DNA from: Thermoplasmatota archaeon
Lineage (GTDB): Archaea; Thermoplasmatota; Penumbrarchaeia; Penumbrarchaeales; Penumbrarchaeaceae
DNA length: 64,000 nt
Assembly (NCBI GenBank): GCA_965234725.1
Contig: CBDDUX010000040.1
Location: 32,001 to 96,000, forward strand
Direction: 5' to 3'
The position numbers were made by a program, and so were the translations under genes. Below, piece after piece: positions 49,925 to 60,800 of the stretch (its first letter is position 1; each line of letters starts with the position of its first letter). The notes beneath the pieces are model-generated. The model made no database searches and was not told the DNA's origin. It saw only the letters and a program-made list of their open reading frames with translations.

Positions 49925-50851
49925 ATGAATACTATTCTTATCAGATATGCAGAACTTGGCCTGAAATCGGAAAGGGTCAGGTCCAGGTTCCTGTCCCAGT
50001 TTGTAAAGGATATTAACAATACCCTCACAGACCATGGGATCGAGCATTTTATAAGAACGGAAAGAGGAAGGATCTTTGTTGAGACAGAAGAGATCGAAGG
50101 TTCAGTGGAATTGCTTAGGACGATCCCTGGAATACATTCACTATCTGTTGTAGAGGAGACCACCTCGGAAATGGAAGGCCTGATGGGTGCTTTATCCGAA
50201 TTCTCAAATTCCAGATTGAAGGAAGGAATGACATTCGGGATAAAGGTGAAGAAGGCCTTCGAGATGGCCCTTTCCACAAGGGACATAGCCATCAGAGGCG
50301 GAACAGCAGTTTGTTCCCATCTCGATGAAGGAAGTGTGAAAGTTGACCTTGAAAAACCAGATATCTGGTTCGAAATAGAGATCAGGAAGGACCATGCATA
50401 TATCTTCACCGATCGGATCCCGGGGATCGGAGGTATGCCTTCATCCACCCAGGGAAAGGTCCTCCTTTATCTTCCGGGGAGGGATAAGCTCTCAGGATCA
50501 GAGATGCTCATGGGGAATAGAGCACGTTTATCGAGAAAGATGATGTTGAGAAGAGGATGCAGGGTCATCCCCACTCTCTTTGAAGAGGACCTCCCGGGAT
50601 GGTCCGATGTAATTCAAGACCTGAAGGAAGATGGAAAGGGACCTTTCCTCCTGAGGGGAAATAATGTGATGGAAGCTCTTGGAGAAGCGGTACGAAAGAC
50701 CGATTGCCTCGGAATAGTCCATCCAGGAACCCTCGACGACCTTCAGGACCTTCCGGTCATCCATGGGTCCGGAATGCCTGTTTCATTATTCATGCCAACT
50801 GTTTCTCTGAACGGGGATGAAATTGACAGCTGGCTGAAGAGATTCAGATAG
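49925..50851 (+). CDS. THUMP-domain protein, ThiI-like but lacking the PP-loop
   Basis: ILIRYAELGLKS, VDLEKPD..IEIR, GIGGMP...QGKV followed by LYLPGRDK instead of LLSGGIDS. Confidence 0.8.
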   Translation: MNTILIRYAELGLKSERVRSRFLSQFVKDINNTLTDHGIEHFIRTERGRIFVETEEIEGSVELLRTIPGIHSLSVVEETTSEMEGLMGALSEFSNSRLKEGMTFGIKVKKAFEMALSTRDIAIRGGTAVCSHLDEGSVKVDLEKPDIWFEIEIRKDHAYIFTDRIPGIGGMPSSTQGKVLLYLPGRDKLSGSEMLMGNRARLSRKMMLRRGCRVIPTLFEEDLPGWSDVIQDLKEDGKGPFLLRGNNVMEALGEAVRKTDCLGIVHPGTLDDLQDLPVIHGSGMPVSLFMPTVSLNGDEIDSWLKRFR

Positions 50852-50883
50852 TTGATATTGGGTCTTTTCCAACCGAAAGTTTT

Positions 50884-50960
50884 AAGAAAGTATTTATATA
50901 GTGTAACTGTACCAACTAACCTGTTCGACCAGATTTCAGTAAGACAAAATGAGGTGATCC
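50884..50960 (+). promoter_or_regulatory. BRE/TATA promoter and SD of tbp
   Basis: AAGAAAG-TA-TTTATATA (50884-50900); GAGGTGATCC at 50951-50960. Confidence 0.65.
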
Positions 50961-50961
50961 A

Positions 50962-51504
50962 TTGGATATCAAAGTGGAGAATGTGGTGGCATCGGCCTCT
51001 GCCGGAGCACCGCTCGACCTACAAAAGATCTCAATGACGCTTGAGGATGCGGAATACGTACCGGAAAAGTTCCCTGGACTCATTTACAGGATCAAGGACC
51101 CAAAGACAGCTCTACTGCTATTTTCCTCGGGTAAGCTCGTTTGCACAGGAGCCAAGAGTGTGAAAATGGCAAATGAGGTCGTCCAAAGGGTGATGAAACA
51201 GATCAGGGAGATGGGTATTGATGTCCTGGAAAAACCGGAGGTCAAGATACAGAACATCGTGGCCACCACGGACCTCAAGACAGATCTGAACCTGAACTCA
51301 ATTGCTATCACCCTGGGGTTGGAAAGGGTTGAATACGAACCGGAACAGTTCCCAGGTCTGGTCTATCGCGTTGATGAACCGAAGGTCGTTGCACTACTAT
51401 TCGGTTCGGGAAAGATCGTATGCACCGGTGCCAAAGAGATACCTGACATTGACAGGGCACTTTTGAAGATAACAAAAGAACTTTCGGAAGCTGGACTGCT
51501 TTGA
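50962..51504 (+). CDS. tbp: TATA-box-binding protein
   Basis: two repeats ENVVAS..YVPEKFPGLIYR..LFSSGKLVCTGAK / QNIVAT..YEPEQFPGLVYR..LFGSGKIVCTGAK; TTG start. Confidence 0.98.
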   Translation: MDIKVENVVASASAGAPLDLQKISMTLEDAEYVPEKFPGLIYRIKDPKTALLLFSSGKLVCTGAKSVKMANEVVQRVMKQIREMGIDVLEKPEVKIQNIVATTDLKTDLNLNSIAITLGLERVEYEPEQFPGLVYRVDEPKVVALLFGSGKIVCTGAKEIPDIDRALLKITKELSEAGLL

Positions 51505-51518
51505 AGGGGGAAAGGACC

Positions 51519-52376
51519 ATGGGTTTTCTGGATAGAATACTGGGAAGGAGAAAAAAGGCACCTGCGCGACCCCGGTACGATCGGTTTGATGATTACGGAC
51601 CGGACGACAGCTATGATTATGATGGGCCAGAGGACACCGAAGGAGCGTCCCTTCTTGTTGACCATCACATGGATTTCATCCCAAGCGACACCTACAAGAA
51701 GCACTTCATAGGAATGGTCTATTCTCTTGATATTGAAAATGGGACGGATTATCCAATGGGCAACGTAAGGGTCGAATTCCCTCCTTCCACAAAACTGGGT
51801 AGGTTCGGCAAGCCGGAACTGGATGGTAAAATGCTTGATCCGGGGGAAAGGATGAGCGTGAAGGTCCCTTTCATACCGAAATATCAGGGTGGAAAGGACG
51901 AGTTCGAGTTCGATATTGTTTTCTTCGATTTCCAGCATAAGGTGGAAGAGCGGGTCGTACTCAAGAGCGAGCCTATCAAAGTGGTTGTACCCAAGTTCAA
52001 ACCTGAGAAAATGGATGAGGATTCATACAGGTTCCTGACAGGAGATCTTTACAGATGGTCGACGGAGACAGAGATCATGAAGATGGATCCAAAGGAACTA
52101 TATGATGGTCTGAAGGAACGTGCCCTCTCCATTGGATTCAGAGAGGCGAACGAGCTTTTGAATGATTCCATGTTCAGAGGCATAACCCAGCTTGCAGGAT
52201 CTGATGAAAAGGGGAGGAAATGGGCTCTCCAGATACAGGTCATTGGAAGCCCAAAGGAGGCGAAACTCCTCCTTTATTCATATGGTGAAAGACCTCTGCA
52301 AGCCTACAGTCTTGCAGTAAAGACCCTTTTGAAGTTAGATGGCAGGGACCAAGTGGTTGGTGCTATCATCGATTGA
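51519..52376 (+). CDS. hypothetical protein: beta-sandwich + alpha/beta platform-like domain
   Basis: long ORF 14 nt after tbp, SD-like AGGGGG; no recognised family motif. Confidence 0.75.
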   Translation: MGFLDRILGRRKKAPARPRYDRFDDYGPDDSYDYDGPEDTEGASLLVDHHMDFIPSDTYKKHFIGMVYSLDIENGTDYPMGNVRVEFPPSTKLGRFGKPELDGKMLDPGERMSVKVPFIPKYQGGKDEFEFDIVFFDFQHKVEERVVLKSEPIKVVVPKFKPEKMDEDSYRFLTGDLYRWSTETEIMKMDPKELYDGLKERALSIGFREANELLNDSMFRGITQLAGSDEKGRKWALQIQVIGSPKEAKLLLYSYGERPLQAYSLAVKTLLKLDGRDQVVGAIID

Positions 52377-52471
52377 ACACGTTTATTTGGGGAAATTTCA
52401 AATATTATATGAATCGTTCTGAGCCTGGAGTGACCGACACCTAGGTCGATTCTTATCGGGAGGTTTAAAGG

Positions 52472-53425
52472 ATGTCTCCATCCATCTTCAAAAGGGGAGG
52501 TACCGCTTCGGTCAAGCTGAAGATTGCCTCTAAGAATGAGATCAACCAGTATGCCCAAACCCTTTCCGGACAGGGTTATGTACTTGTAGGGACACCTATC
52601 GAGTACAGGCAGAGGATGACCAATGAACAGCTGAGGGATTCCGCAAAGGGTTATGCACATCAAAACGGCTGTCAGCTCATTGTTGAGGTCAATGACCCAA
52701 ATCCAGTAGCCAACCCCTACAATCCCTACAAATATTATCTCTTCCAATTCAAAGGAGGAGGGCTTGCGCCAGATCCGGTGGAACCACCATCTAGATCAGG
52801 AGCAGCCCAGAGCCAGCAGGGTCGGACATTTGGCCAGTTCAATTGTCCCTATTGCAAGAGTCCCTTCACCACATATGTGAATCCGGGAAGGAACGTCCTC
52901 ACATGTCCCAAATGTAAAGGACAGTCACAGGTTGATGTCCCGGCTCCAAACCTGGGTCAGCAGATCGACCAGGGCGCTCAACAGAACACGGTCCAGTCCC
53001 AAATGGGAAGGATCAAACTTCATTCATCCTATAATACCCACAACGAGATGGTGGTGGACTGTCTGGACGTCCTAGGCAAGATCCTCATGGTGGAGGGAAA
53101 TCCACTTCCATTCGATGATACCGGTGAGTTCCTTTACCCATTTATCAGAATGAAATCAGCGGCATATGAACATGTAGGCTTCAGAAAGATGGACATGATC
53201 CTGCTGAAGGAAGCCACCCATGATTACAAGATACTTGCCTCCGAACAGCATTCCCAGGGCCAAGCCAATGTCAATCCACACCGGGACGATCTGTTCGCTG
53301 TGAAGATCTTGGGAGGTATCAACTTCCTGATCCTGGAGGAGTTCAAGGCTCTGGAGGAACAGCAGAAGACACAGATAATCAACCATTTCTATCAGTTCCT
53401 GGCCCAATATGTAGGTGTTGAATGA
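52472..53425 (+). CDS. hypothetical protein with central Zn ribbon
   Basis: CPYC...CPKC flanked by Q/P-rich linkers; SD GGAGGT. Confidence 0.75.
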   Translation: MSPSIFKRGGTASVKLKIASKNEINQYAQTLSGQGYVLVGTPIEYRQRMTNEQLRDSAKGYAHQNGCQLIVEVNDPNPVANPYNPYKYYLFQFKGGGLAPDPVEPPSRSGAAQSQQGRTFGQFNCPYCKSPFTTYVNPGRNVLTCPKCKGQSQVDVPAPNLGQQIDQGAQQNTVQSQMGRIKLHSSYNTHNEMVVDCLDVLGKILMVEGNPLPFDDTGEFLYPFIRMKSAAYEHVGFRKMDMILLKEATHDYKILASEQHSQGQANVNPHRDDLFAVKILGGINFLILEEFKALEEQQKTQIINHFYQFLAQYVGVE

Positions 53426-53467
53426 ACTTCCACCATCCTTTTATCATGAGGACACCTTAACCTCTAC

Positions 53468-54355
53468 ATGGAGCTTCTACAGGGAAGACCAGTTTCCAAA
53501 AGGATAGATGCCACAGTTACGGATATCGTATCGGATGAAAAGCCCATCCTTTCCGTTTTCCTTACAGGATCGGACCCTTCCTCGATCATTTATTCCAGAT
53601 CCAAGGTCCGAAAGGGGGGTAATTTGGGAGTAGATGTTAAAGTGAGGACATTCACCGAAACCACCACAGAGGAAGAAATTGTTAGACAGTTAAAAGTTGA
53701 TGCTGACAATGAGAGAATTTTCGGGATAATGGTAGAGAGACCACTGCTTCCCGGACTGGACATGAATGTCCTCATGAAAGCTGTTCCTCCTGAGAAGGAT
53801 GTGGAATGTCAGCATCCACAAAACATTGGAATGCTCTCCTCGAACAGACCGACATTCGTTCCACCGACACCGCTAGGAACTCTCCTGCTCTTGGAACACT
53901 ATTCCATTGAGACAAAGGGAAAGAAAACGGTAGTTATCGGAAGAAGTCCGAATGTTGGAAGGCCATTATCAATTCTCCTCTCTTCAAAGATACACCGAGG
54001 TAATTCGACTGTCACTCTGGCCCATTCCATGACCCGGAACCTGAGGTCATTGACAATGGATGCTGACCTTATATTTTCCGCAGTAGGAAAGGCAGGCCAG
54101 CTTAAAAGTGAAATGGTAAAGGATGGCGCTGTTGTGGTGGACCTCGGCATTAATCCCACCGAGGATGGTTCAGTTGTAGGAGATGCGGATCTGGGATCGT
54201 TCATTGACCGGGATATCAGGATCACACCAACCCCTGGAGGGACAGGTCCAGTTACCGTCTCTTCGATGTTCCTCAACCTGGCCATTTCACTGGCAAGGAA
54301 CAAGGATATCGATATTTCAAACATTGACCCCATGATAAGCGAAATATACAGGTAA
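53468..54355 (+). CDS. folD: methylene-THF dehydrogenase/cyclohydrolase
   Basis: PEKDVE, PPTPLG, VIGRSPNVGRP, HSMT, VDLGIN, GDAD, TPTPGGTGPVT. Confidence 0.92.
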   Translation: MELLQGRPVSKRIDATVTDIVSDEKPILSVFLTGSDPSSIIYSRSKVRKGGNLGVDVKVRTFTETTTEEEIVRQLKVDADNERIFGIMVERPLLPGLDMNVLMKAVPPEKDVECQHPQNIGMLSSNRPTFVPPTPLGTLLLLEHYSIETKGKKTVVIGRSPNVGRPLSILLSSKIHRGNSTVTLAHSMTRNLRSLTMDADLIFSAVGKAGQLKSEMVKDGAVVVDLGINPTEDGSVVGDADLGSFIDRDIRITPTPGGTGPVTVSSMFLNLAISLARNKDIDISNIDPMISEIYR

Positions 54356-54379
54356 GTTGAATTGGGTAATGGGGTTCGG

Positions 54380-54799
54380 ATGGTAACTATCGGTCGTTGC
54401 ACCAGTTGTGGGTCTTTTGTTCAAGAGCTTTGGAAAGAAAAGAGTAACTGCCCCAAATGCGGTGGTCCAGTGGACCCTCTGGAAGTTGAAATGGGTCCAG
54501 TGGCCTATGTTCCAAGGGCTTTGAACATAGGCGGGCTCATCTTGATGGTGGTAGGGATTGGCCTCCTGATCGTGGGAGCCGCAGGTAAGAACGGGAGCAA
54601 TACAACAAATTCAGGGACATTGATACTGATAGTCTCCTCAGTTCTCCTTTTCATTCTGTCACTTTTTTTCCAGATAATGATTACCAGAAAGGCCATAGAA
54701 AGAAGATCTTTGGTCAAGTCCCATACGATCAGGAGAATACCGGAAGGAGGAATAGAAAGAAGAAAAGCTCCAGTTGGACACAAGGTTCTAAAAAAATAA
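54380..54799 (+). CDS. Zn-ribbon + 2-TM membrane protein
   Basis: CTSCG...CPKCGG, two TMs, basic tail. Confidence 0.7.
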   Translation: MVTIGRCTSCGSFVQELWKEKSNCPKCGGPVDPLEVEMGPVAYVPRALNIGGLILMVVGIGLLIVGAAGKNGSNTTNSGTLILIVSSVLLFILSLFFQIMITRKAIERRSLVKSHTIRRIPEGGIERRKAPVGHKVLKK

Positions 54800-55028
54800 T
54801 GATGTGATGAATAGGATATTGGAAATCGGCTGTCATTTGAATGTTTTGCTTCTCAGGCCCAAGGATCCCTTCCAATATTTATGTGGAAGCCTGTAAAATT
54901 ACCGGCTGTTTGACCAGGTCTAAATTAACTTCAAGACCAATATAAAGATAGTTTTTAATAATGAAGGCTTATTCCCACCCGGTTCAATCTGGTAGGGACC
55001 CATCAGGTCCCGATCTGGAGGTTTGATA

Positions 55029-57653
55029 ATGAAAAGATCTACAAAGATCATGCTTCCCCTTGCCGGACTGTTTTTGCTTGTTATGATCGTCCTTCCATCG
55101 GCTTACGGAGCCATCGGTGGAGAGGCCTCGGATAGGTCTATGGTGACGACTGAATCTGGCAAAGATACATTCTATTTGCACAGCGGAAAAAGCAGTCTTA
55201 TCATCTGGGACATGTTGAAAGTCGATGAGAGAAAGACCACTGTTAAGATACATGTGAACAACCCCGATGGGAATTCCAGGGATATCAGGGTTAACCTCTC
55301 CTCTAACGGTGATGATGATTGGTCCTTCAAGATCAAGGAGATCTGGGATTACAATGGTGTCGATATCATCGATGATGATGATGAGGTCACAGAAGATGTG
55401 AAAGGCCAACTCTACACGATATTCCAGGTTGGTGGAGGGGATATGATCACCGTAGTCTTTGAGGTCTCTTATGATGGCAAAGAAAGTGATATTTCCGAAA
55501 CAGCATTTTTCAAAGCCGAGGTCCTGAGGTCAGGAACAGGTGGTGAAGGGAACACATTCTCCTCCACAAAGGAACTAACTTTCGAGACCTCTGAGAACTA
55601 TGACTTCATCATCCTTGTTGCAGGAGGCTTCTCACTTTTGGGCCTGGCATTCGCTTTCTTCGTTGCCAATACCCTGAGGAAGAAAGAGGTTGGAGACGAG
55701 AAGCTCAAGGAATTATCCGGGTATATTAGGGACGGGGCAAACGCATTCATGAAATCGGAATACAAGGTCATCATAATATTCATTATTGGGATGGTCCTGG
55801 TCCTTGGGATCCTTTCCGTTACACTGGGATTGAACTGGAAGATCATACCCGCTTTCCTGATCGGTGCTTTTCTCTCTGCCTCTGCAGGGAATATCGGAAT
55901 GAGGATAGCAACCATGGCCAATGCAAAGACCGCATGGGCCTGCAAGGAAGGGAAAGAGAAGGCCCTCCGGGTAGCCTTCAATTCCGGTTCGGTCATGGGT
56001 CTGACAGTGGTTGGACTGGGACTGTTCGGTGTATCACTTCTCTATTTCATATTCGGTGATGTGGACATGCTCTTCGGATTCGGTTTCGGGGCATCTTCCA
56101 TCGCTCTTTTCGCCAGGGTTGGCGGAGGAATATATACGAAAGCGGCCGATGTTGGCGCTGACCTTGTAGGAAAGGTCGAGGCTGGAATACCCGAGGATGA
56201 TCCAAGGAACCCGGCTACTATCGCTGATAACGTTGGTGACAACGTGGGTGATGTTGCAGGCATGGGAGCGGACCTCTTCGAATCTTATGTGGACTCGATC
56301 ATCGCCGCAATGGCCCTTGGTATCGTGGGTGTCACAGCATTCGGAGGAGATCTCTTTGGCGGCGGTGTGACCGGAATTGCAACCATGCTTCCTCTTCTCC
56401 TTGCGGGTGTTGGAATCTTCTGCTCGATCATTGGAACACTCTTCGTGGGCGGAGGCAAAGGTCATGCGCATTCACAGCTAAATAGGGGCATATGGATCTC
56501 CGCCGGTCTGATGACCGTTGCAACAATAATATTGATCGTAGCTCTATTTGATGGTCTGGAGATCCAGGCAGCCCTCATCTTCTCCGTCCTTGTGGGATTG
56601 GCTTCCGGAATTGTTATCGGAAAGATCACAGAATACTACACTTCCGACCAGGCTAAACCTACACAGAAGGTTTCAAAGGCTTCCACAACCGGGGCCGGGC
56701 CCAATATCATATCCGGTTTGAGCCTTGGTATGATCTCCACTGCCATACCGGTCATTGCTGTTGTGGTCACCATCATTGTGGCCTTCACCCTTGCGGGTCT
56801 GTACGGTATAGCACTGGCAGCTGTCGGAATGCTCTCAACCCTTGGGATCACCCTTGCAACGGATACCTACGGACCGGTTGCGGATAATGCCGCTGGTCTT
56901 GCCGAGATGGCGCATATGGGAAAGAAGGTCAGGGAAACAGCAGAAGAACTGGATGCGGTTGGGAATACAACCGCTGCTATCGGAAAGGGATTCGCCATCG
57001 GATCCGCAGGACTGACTGCCCTTGCACTCTTCTCCGCTTTTACACAGGCAGCCAACCTGGACCTTTCCCAGTTCACCCTTGTGAATCCATGGATCGTTTC
57101 CGGTCTGTTCATTGGTGGGCTTCTGCCTTTCGTCTTTTCTGCCATGACCATGTCGGCAGTGGGTGATGCAGCCCAGGACATGGTGGAAGAGGTCAGAAGG
57201 CAGTTCAAGACCATTAAGGGAATAATGGAGGGGAAGGCCATGCCGGACTATGAGAGATGCGTGGCTATCTCCACAAAAGGAGCCTTGAAAAGGATGGTCG
57301 TTCCCTCACTTCTTGCGATTATTGTTCCGATCGTTGTCGGATCAATATCAATGGAAGCCCTTGGAGGTCTCCTCGCCGGTTCGATAGTCACCGGATTCGT
57401 TCTTGCTGTGATGATGGCCAATGCCGGTGGTGCCTGGGATAATGCCAAGAAGTACATAGAGGGGGGCCACTTCGGTGGAAAAGGATCCGAAGCCCATAAA
57501 GCAGCAGTTGTGGGAGATACTGTCGGAGATCCTTTCAAGGACACATCAGGACCATCTCTGAACATCCTGATCAAGCTGATGTCCATAGTATCCCTCGTAT
57601 TCGTTCCACTGTTCCTTGTTGTGAACGGATTACTTGCAGGAATTCTCGGTTGA
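55029..57653 (+). CDS. hppA: K+-dependent, probably Na+-translocating membrane pyrophosphatase with N-terminal extension
   Basis: GGGIYTKAADVGADLVGKVE, EDDPRN, DNVGDNVGD, GNTTAA (K+-dependent Ala), DLFESY (helix-6 Glu as in Na+-PPases), GDTVGDPFKD. Confidence 0.93.
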   Translation: MKRSTKIMLPLAGLFLLVMIVLPSAYGAIGGEASDRSMVTTESGKDTFYLHSGKSSLIIWDMLKVDERKTTVKIHVNNPDGNSRDIRVNLSSNGDDDWSFKIKEIWDYNGVDIIDDDDEVTEDVKGQLYTIFQVGGGDMITVVFEVSYDGKESDISETAFFKAEVLRSGTGGEGNTFSSTKELTFETSENYDFIILVAGGFSLLGLAFAFFVANTLRKKEVGDEKLKELSGYIRDGANAFMKSEYKVIIIFIIGMVLVLGILSVTLGLNWKIIPAFLIGAFLSASAGNIGMRIATMANAKTAWACKEGKEKALRVAFNSGSVMGLTVVGLGLFGVSLLYFIFGDVDMLFGFGFGASSIALFARVGGGIYTKAADVGADLVGKVEAGIPEDDPRNPATIADNVGDNVGDVAGMGADLFESYVDSIIAAMALGIVGVTAFGGDLFGGGVTGIATMLPLLLAGVGIFCSIIGTLFVGGGKGHAHSQLNRGIWISAGLMTVATIILIVALFDGLEIQAALIFSVLVGLASGIVIGKITEYYTSDQAKPTQKVSKASTTGAGPNIISGLSLGMISTAIPVIAVVVTIIVAFTLAGLYGIALAAVGMLSTLGITLATDTYGPVADNAAGLAEMAHMGKKVRETAEELDAVGNTTAAIGKGFAIGSAGLTALALFSAFTQAANLDLSQFTLVNPWIVSGLFIGGLLPFVFSAMTMSAVGDAAQDMVEEVRRQFKTIKGIMEGKAMPDYERCVAISTKGALKRMVVPSLLAIIVPIVVGSISMEALGGLLAGSIVTGFVLAVMMANAGGAWDNAKKYIEGGHFGGKGSEAHKAAVVGDTVGDPFKDTSGPSLNILIKLMSIVSLVFVPLFLVVNGLLAGILG

Positions 57654-57673
57654 GATCTGAAAAAACAGGATTT

Positions 57674-57746
57674 GAAAGGTGACCTCATCTGAGGTCCCTT
57701 TCCAGAATGAAGACCCGGTGAAATTCACCGGATCTTTAAATTTTTT
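57674..57746 (+). terminator. tandem hairpins + T-tract after hppA
   Basis: GAAAGG-T-GACCTC-ATCT-GAGGTC-CCTTTC; CCGGTG-AAATT-CACCGG followed by TTTTTT. Confidence 0.6.
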
Positions 57747-57887
57747 ATCAATTTCTGAAGATCTATTCTCACTCTTTTTTCCTCTCCTTCATTTAATATA
57801 CCACCTTTCTCATTCAATTAACAGGGATATGGAAGAGGGTAGGAAACGGTTTCCTAACGGTCGATCCTACCTTTGGAAGGTGAGAGA

Positions 57888-60800
57888 ATGAAAGGTGTAA
57901 ATTTTTTATCATTGGCTTTGGCCTTGACAATGGTCCTATCTGCTTTTGGGATGATCTTTAATGTTCTTGAGATCGACCTTGCCGGAACAGCAGATGGAAA
58001 GGTCCTGAATGTTCCCGGAAGCTACTCCACGATCCAGGATGCGATCGATGATGCTGATCCCGGTGACACTGTTCTCATAGGAAACGGGACCTATACGGAA
58101 ATTCTTTCCATAGGAAAGAGTCTGATATTGAAGGGAAATTCAACGAACTTCGTCAATATCATCTCATATGGTTCCGGGGATATGATCACGGTAACCTCCG
58201 ATGATGTTTCCATATCCAAGATGACACTGGAACATAGAGGTCTTATCGGCGAAGGGTCCTGTATCCATGTCCAGGGAGTGGAGAACGTTTCGATCAATTC
58301 TGTTAAGACCTTTAGTGCCACAGGTTCCGGAATATTGCTTAACGGATCCGATCTTTGCAAGGTCTTTGACATCGAAGCATGGGGTAATAAGAACGGTATT
58401 ACGGTAAACTCCAGTGATGATAATGAGATAGCCATGTGTCATGTTCATGATAATTCCGTTAGTGGTATCTTCCTTTGGGGAGGTTCTGATAATAATTCAG
58501 TGGACAGCTGCTTCCTGACTGACAATGAAGATTATGGTTTAAGGTCTGTAGTCTCCACTTTACAGAACAGGAATGAGATCTTGAATTGTACAATGAATTA
58601 TTCAAAAATCGCCGCAATATACCTCGATGGCAACAATACTAATTGGGTGATCACCAACAATCATATCAATGATACCGACGGCATAGAGACCTTGAAATCT
58701 CAAGGTTTGATTGCTTCCTACAATAGTATTACAAACTTCACACATAACGGTGTGTTTCTCTATGAAAGCGTTGACTGTGAGATAAATGATAATTTCCTGG
58801 TTTCCGAAAACTCAATCGGTCATGTGGGGATCACTCTGCAGAGGACCAATTTCACCTCTGTCCATAATAATATATTTGGAGAAAATTCGATAGGTGTTTT
58901 AGGGATAGGTCCTTTCAATCACAATAACGATGTTTATTCAAATGATCTTGAAAATACCGATATGGGAATTTGGTTCGCACATGCAACAGCCATCAATATT
59001 TATGATAACAATTTGATTTGTTCATCAGGCGCAATTTACTTGGACAATACTAGCAATGTTCTAGTTAGCGATAATATTATCCAAAACTCTCCTGATGGCA
59101 TCGTTTTCTATGTGTCAAATGGGTCGAACATTATCAATAACAAAATTTCTAACTGTACATACGGTTTTAAATCCGATGATCTCTCAACAAGTACCATCGA
59201 ATCAAATTCAATGTACGAATGTTCTAGGGGTTTCCAGGTGAAAGATTCCAAGCACCTAGCTATCAAAAACAATGTGATTGAACTTGGATTTACCTCAATT
59301 TTCACAGATAATCTCGTTCATTCCTCCATTATGGGAAACAGGATCGTGGATGCGAGATTTCATGGTATGTACATCAACGGTCCTTCCACACCTTCTATGT
59401 TGGAGATCATCGAAAATCAACTTTTCTCCAACGAACTTGGAATACTCATCTTCAACGGCTCCGATATAAGCTTAGGAATGAATATAATAGAAGATTCGGT
59501 CATATTCGGATTGGACCTCGGATTCAGTACATCCAATATCCTGATAGATCATAACATATTCATAGGTAACAACCCTGGTGATGATCAAACCAACGATGAT
59601 GGTACTGGGAATAAATGGAACCTTCCCTGGCCAGATGGTGGGAACCACTGGTCTGACTATGAAGGTAGAGACATCTACAAAGGTATTTCACAGGATATAC
59701 CTGGAATGGATGGATTCGGGGACACACCGCATCCTATTGGAGGCAGCGCTGGTTCCGAGGACCTCTATCCTCTGATCGATCCATCCGGTTCGTTCCCTTC
59801 CGGCGACATAATAATTACGAGCCATGTTCACGGGGAACATGTAAGCGGAATGGAGCTTTTCGAAGCGGATGTGACGATACCGATCATCAACAGTGTGATC
59901 TGGAGTGTCAATGGGATGCAATTGGGTGTGGATGTTTCCTATCCATACCAGCTGATACTGGATACCACCCATTTCCCGGATGGTACACTGTTGAACATCA
60001 CCGCAGAGGCAGATATACCTGGAACTGACAACAAGGTTGATGAGGTCCAGGTGAAAGTGAGTAATGATGTATTGATGGGACCCTTCGTGGATATCTCAAC
60101 GGCTAAACTGCTTTACCATCCCGATCAGTTGGGAACAGCATTGATCGATACCAATGATCAGACACCCTTTTGTAAGGAGGTCAGGATCATACTCAACCTG
60201 AATGATCCTTTGGAAAATACCCTTTTCATATCCGATGGTATATATCTTCTGAACGATCAATGGAGCCTTCCGTTCCCGATCCCCAGCGATGCCGAATTGG
60301 GAGAGTGGTCCCTCAACATCACAGTATTCGGTCAGGCAGGGGGAGCGGTCCTCTGGTTCGATAATGAAAGATCACTGTTCGAAGTCATTGGGGACAATAC
60401 CTATGATAGGATGACCTCACTTCAGGATGGCCTCTCGATTCTGGACTTCCAGAACAGCTCCCTTAACCAGTTGTTGGATATGTTTTCCGTTTTCCAGGAA
60501 GATCTCCTTTACATGAACGAGACAAATGAGTTCTATTTTACATCGATCCTTATGGCACTGGAAACTGTCGAAACGAACCTTGCATTGAAGATCGATGGCA
60601 TGAACTCCGATTTCTTAGACCTACTAAACCTCAGATTGACAGATATCTCCGATCTTCTGAACAGTATCTCGGGAGAATTGAATATTGAACTGAACGATAT
60701 CGATAGTAGCATCACATCCCTCGATCTCAGACTTGAGGAATGCTGCAATAATACTGCAGAATTGATTATGGCTCTTAACTCCTCAATAAACGAACATATG

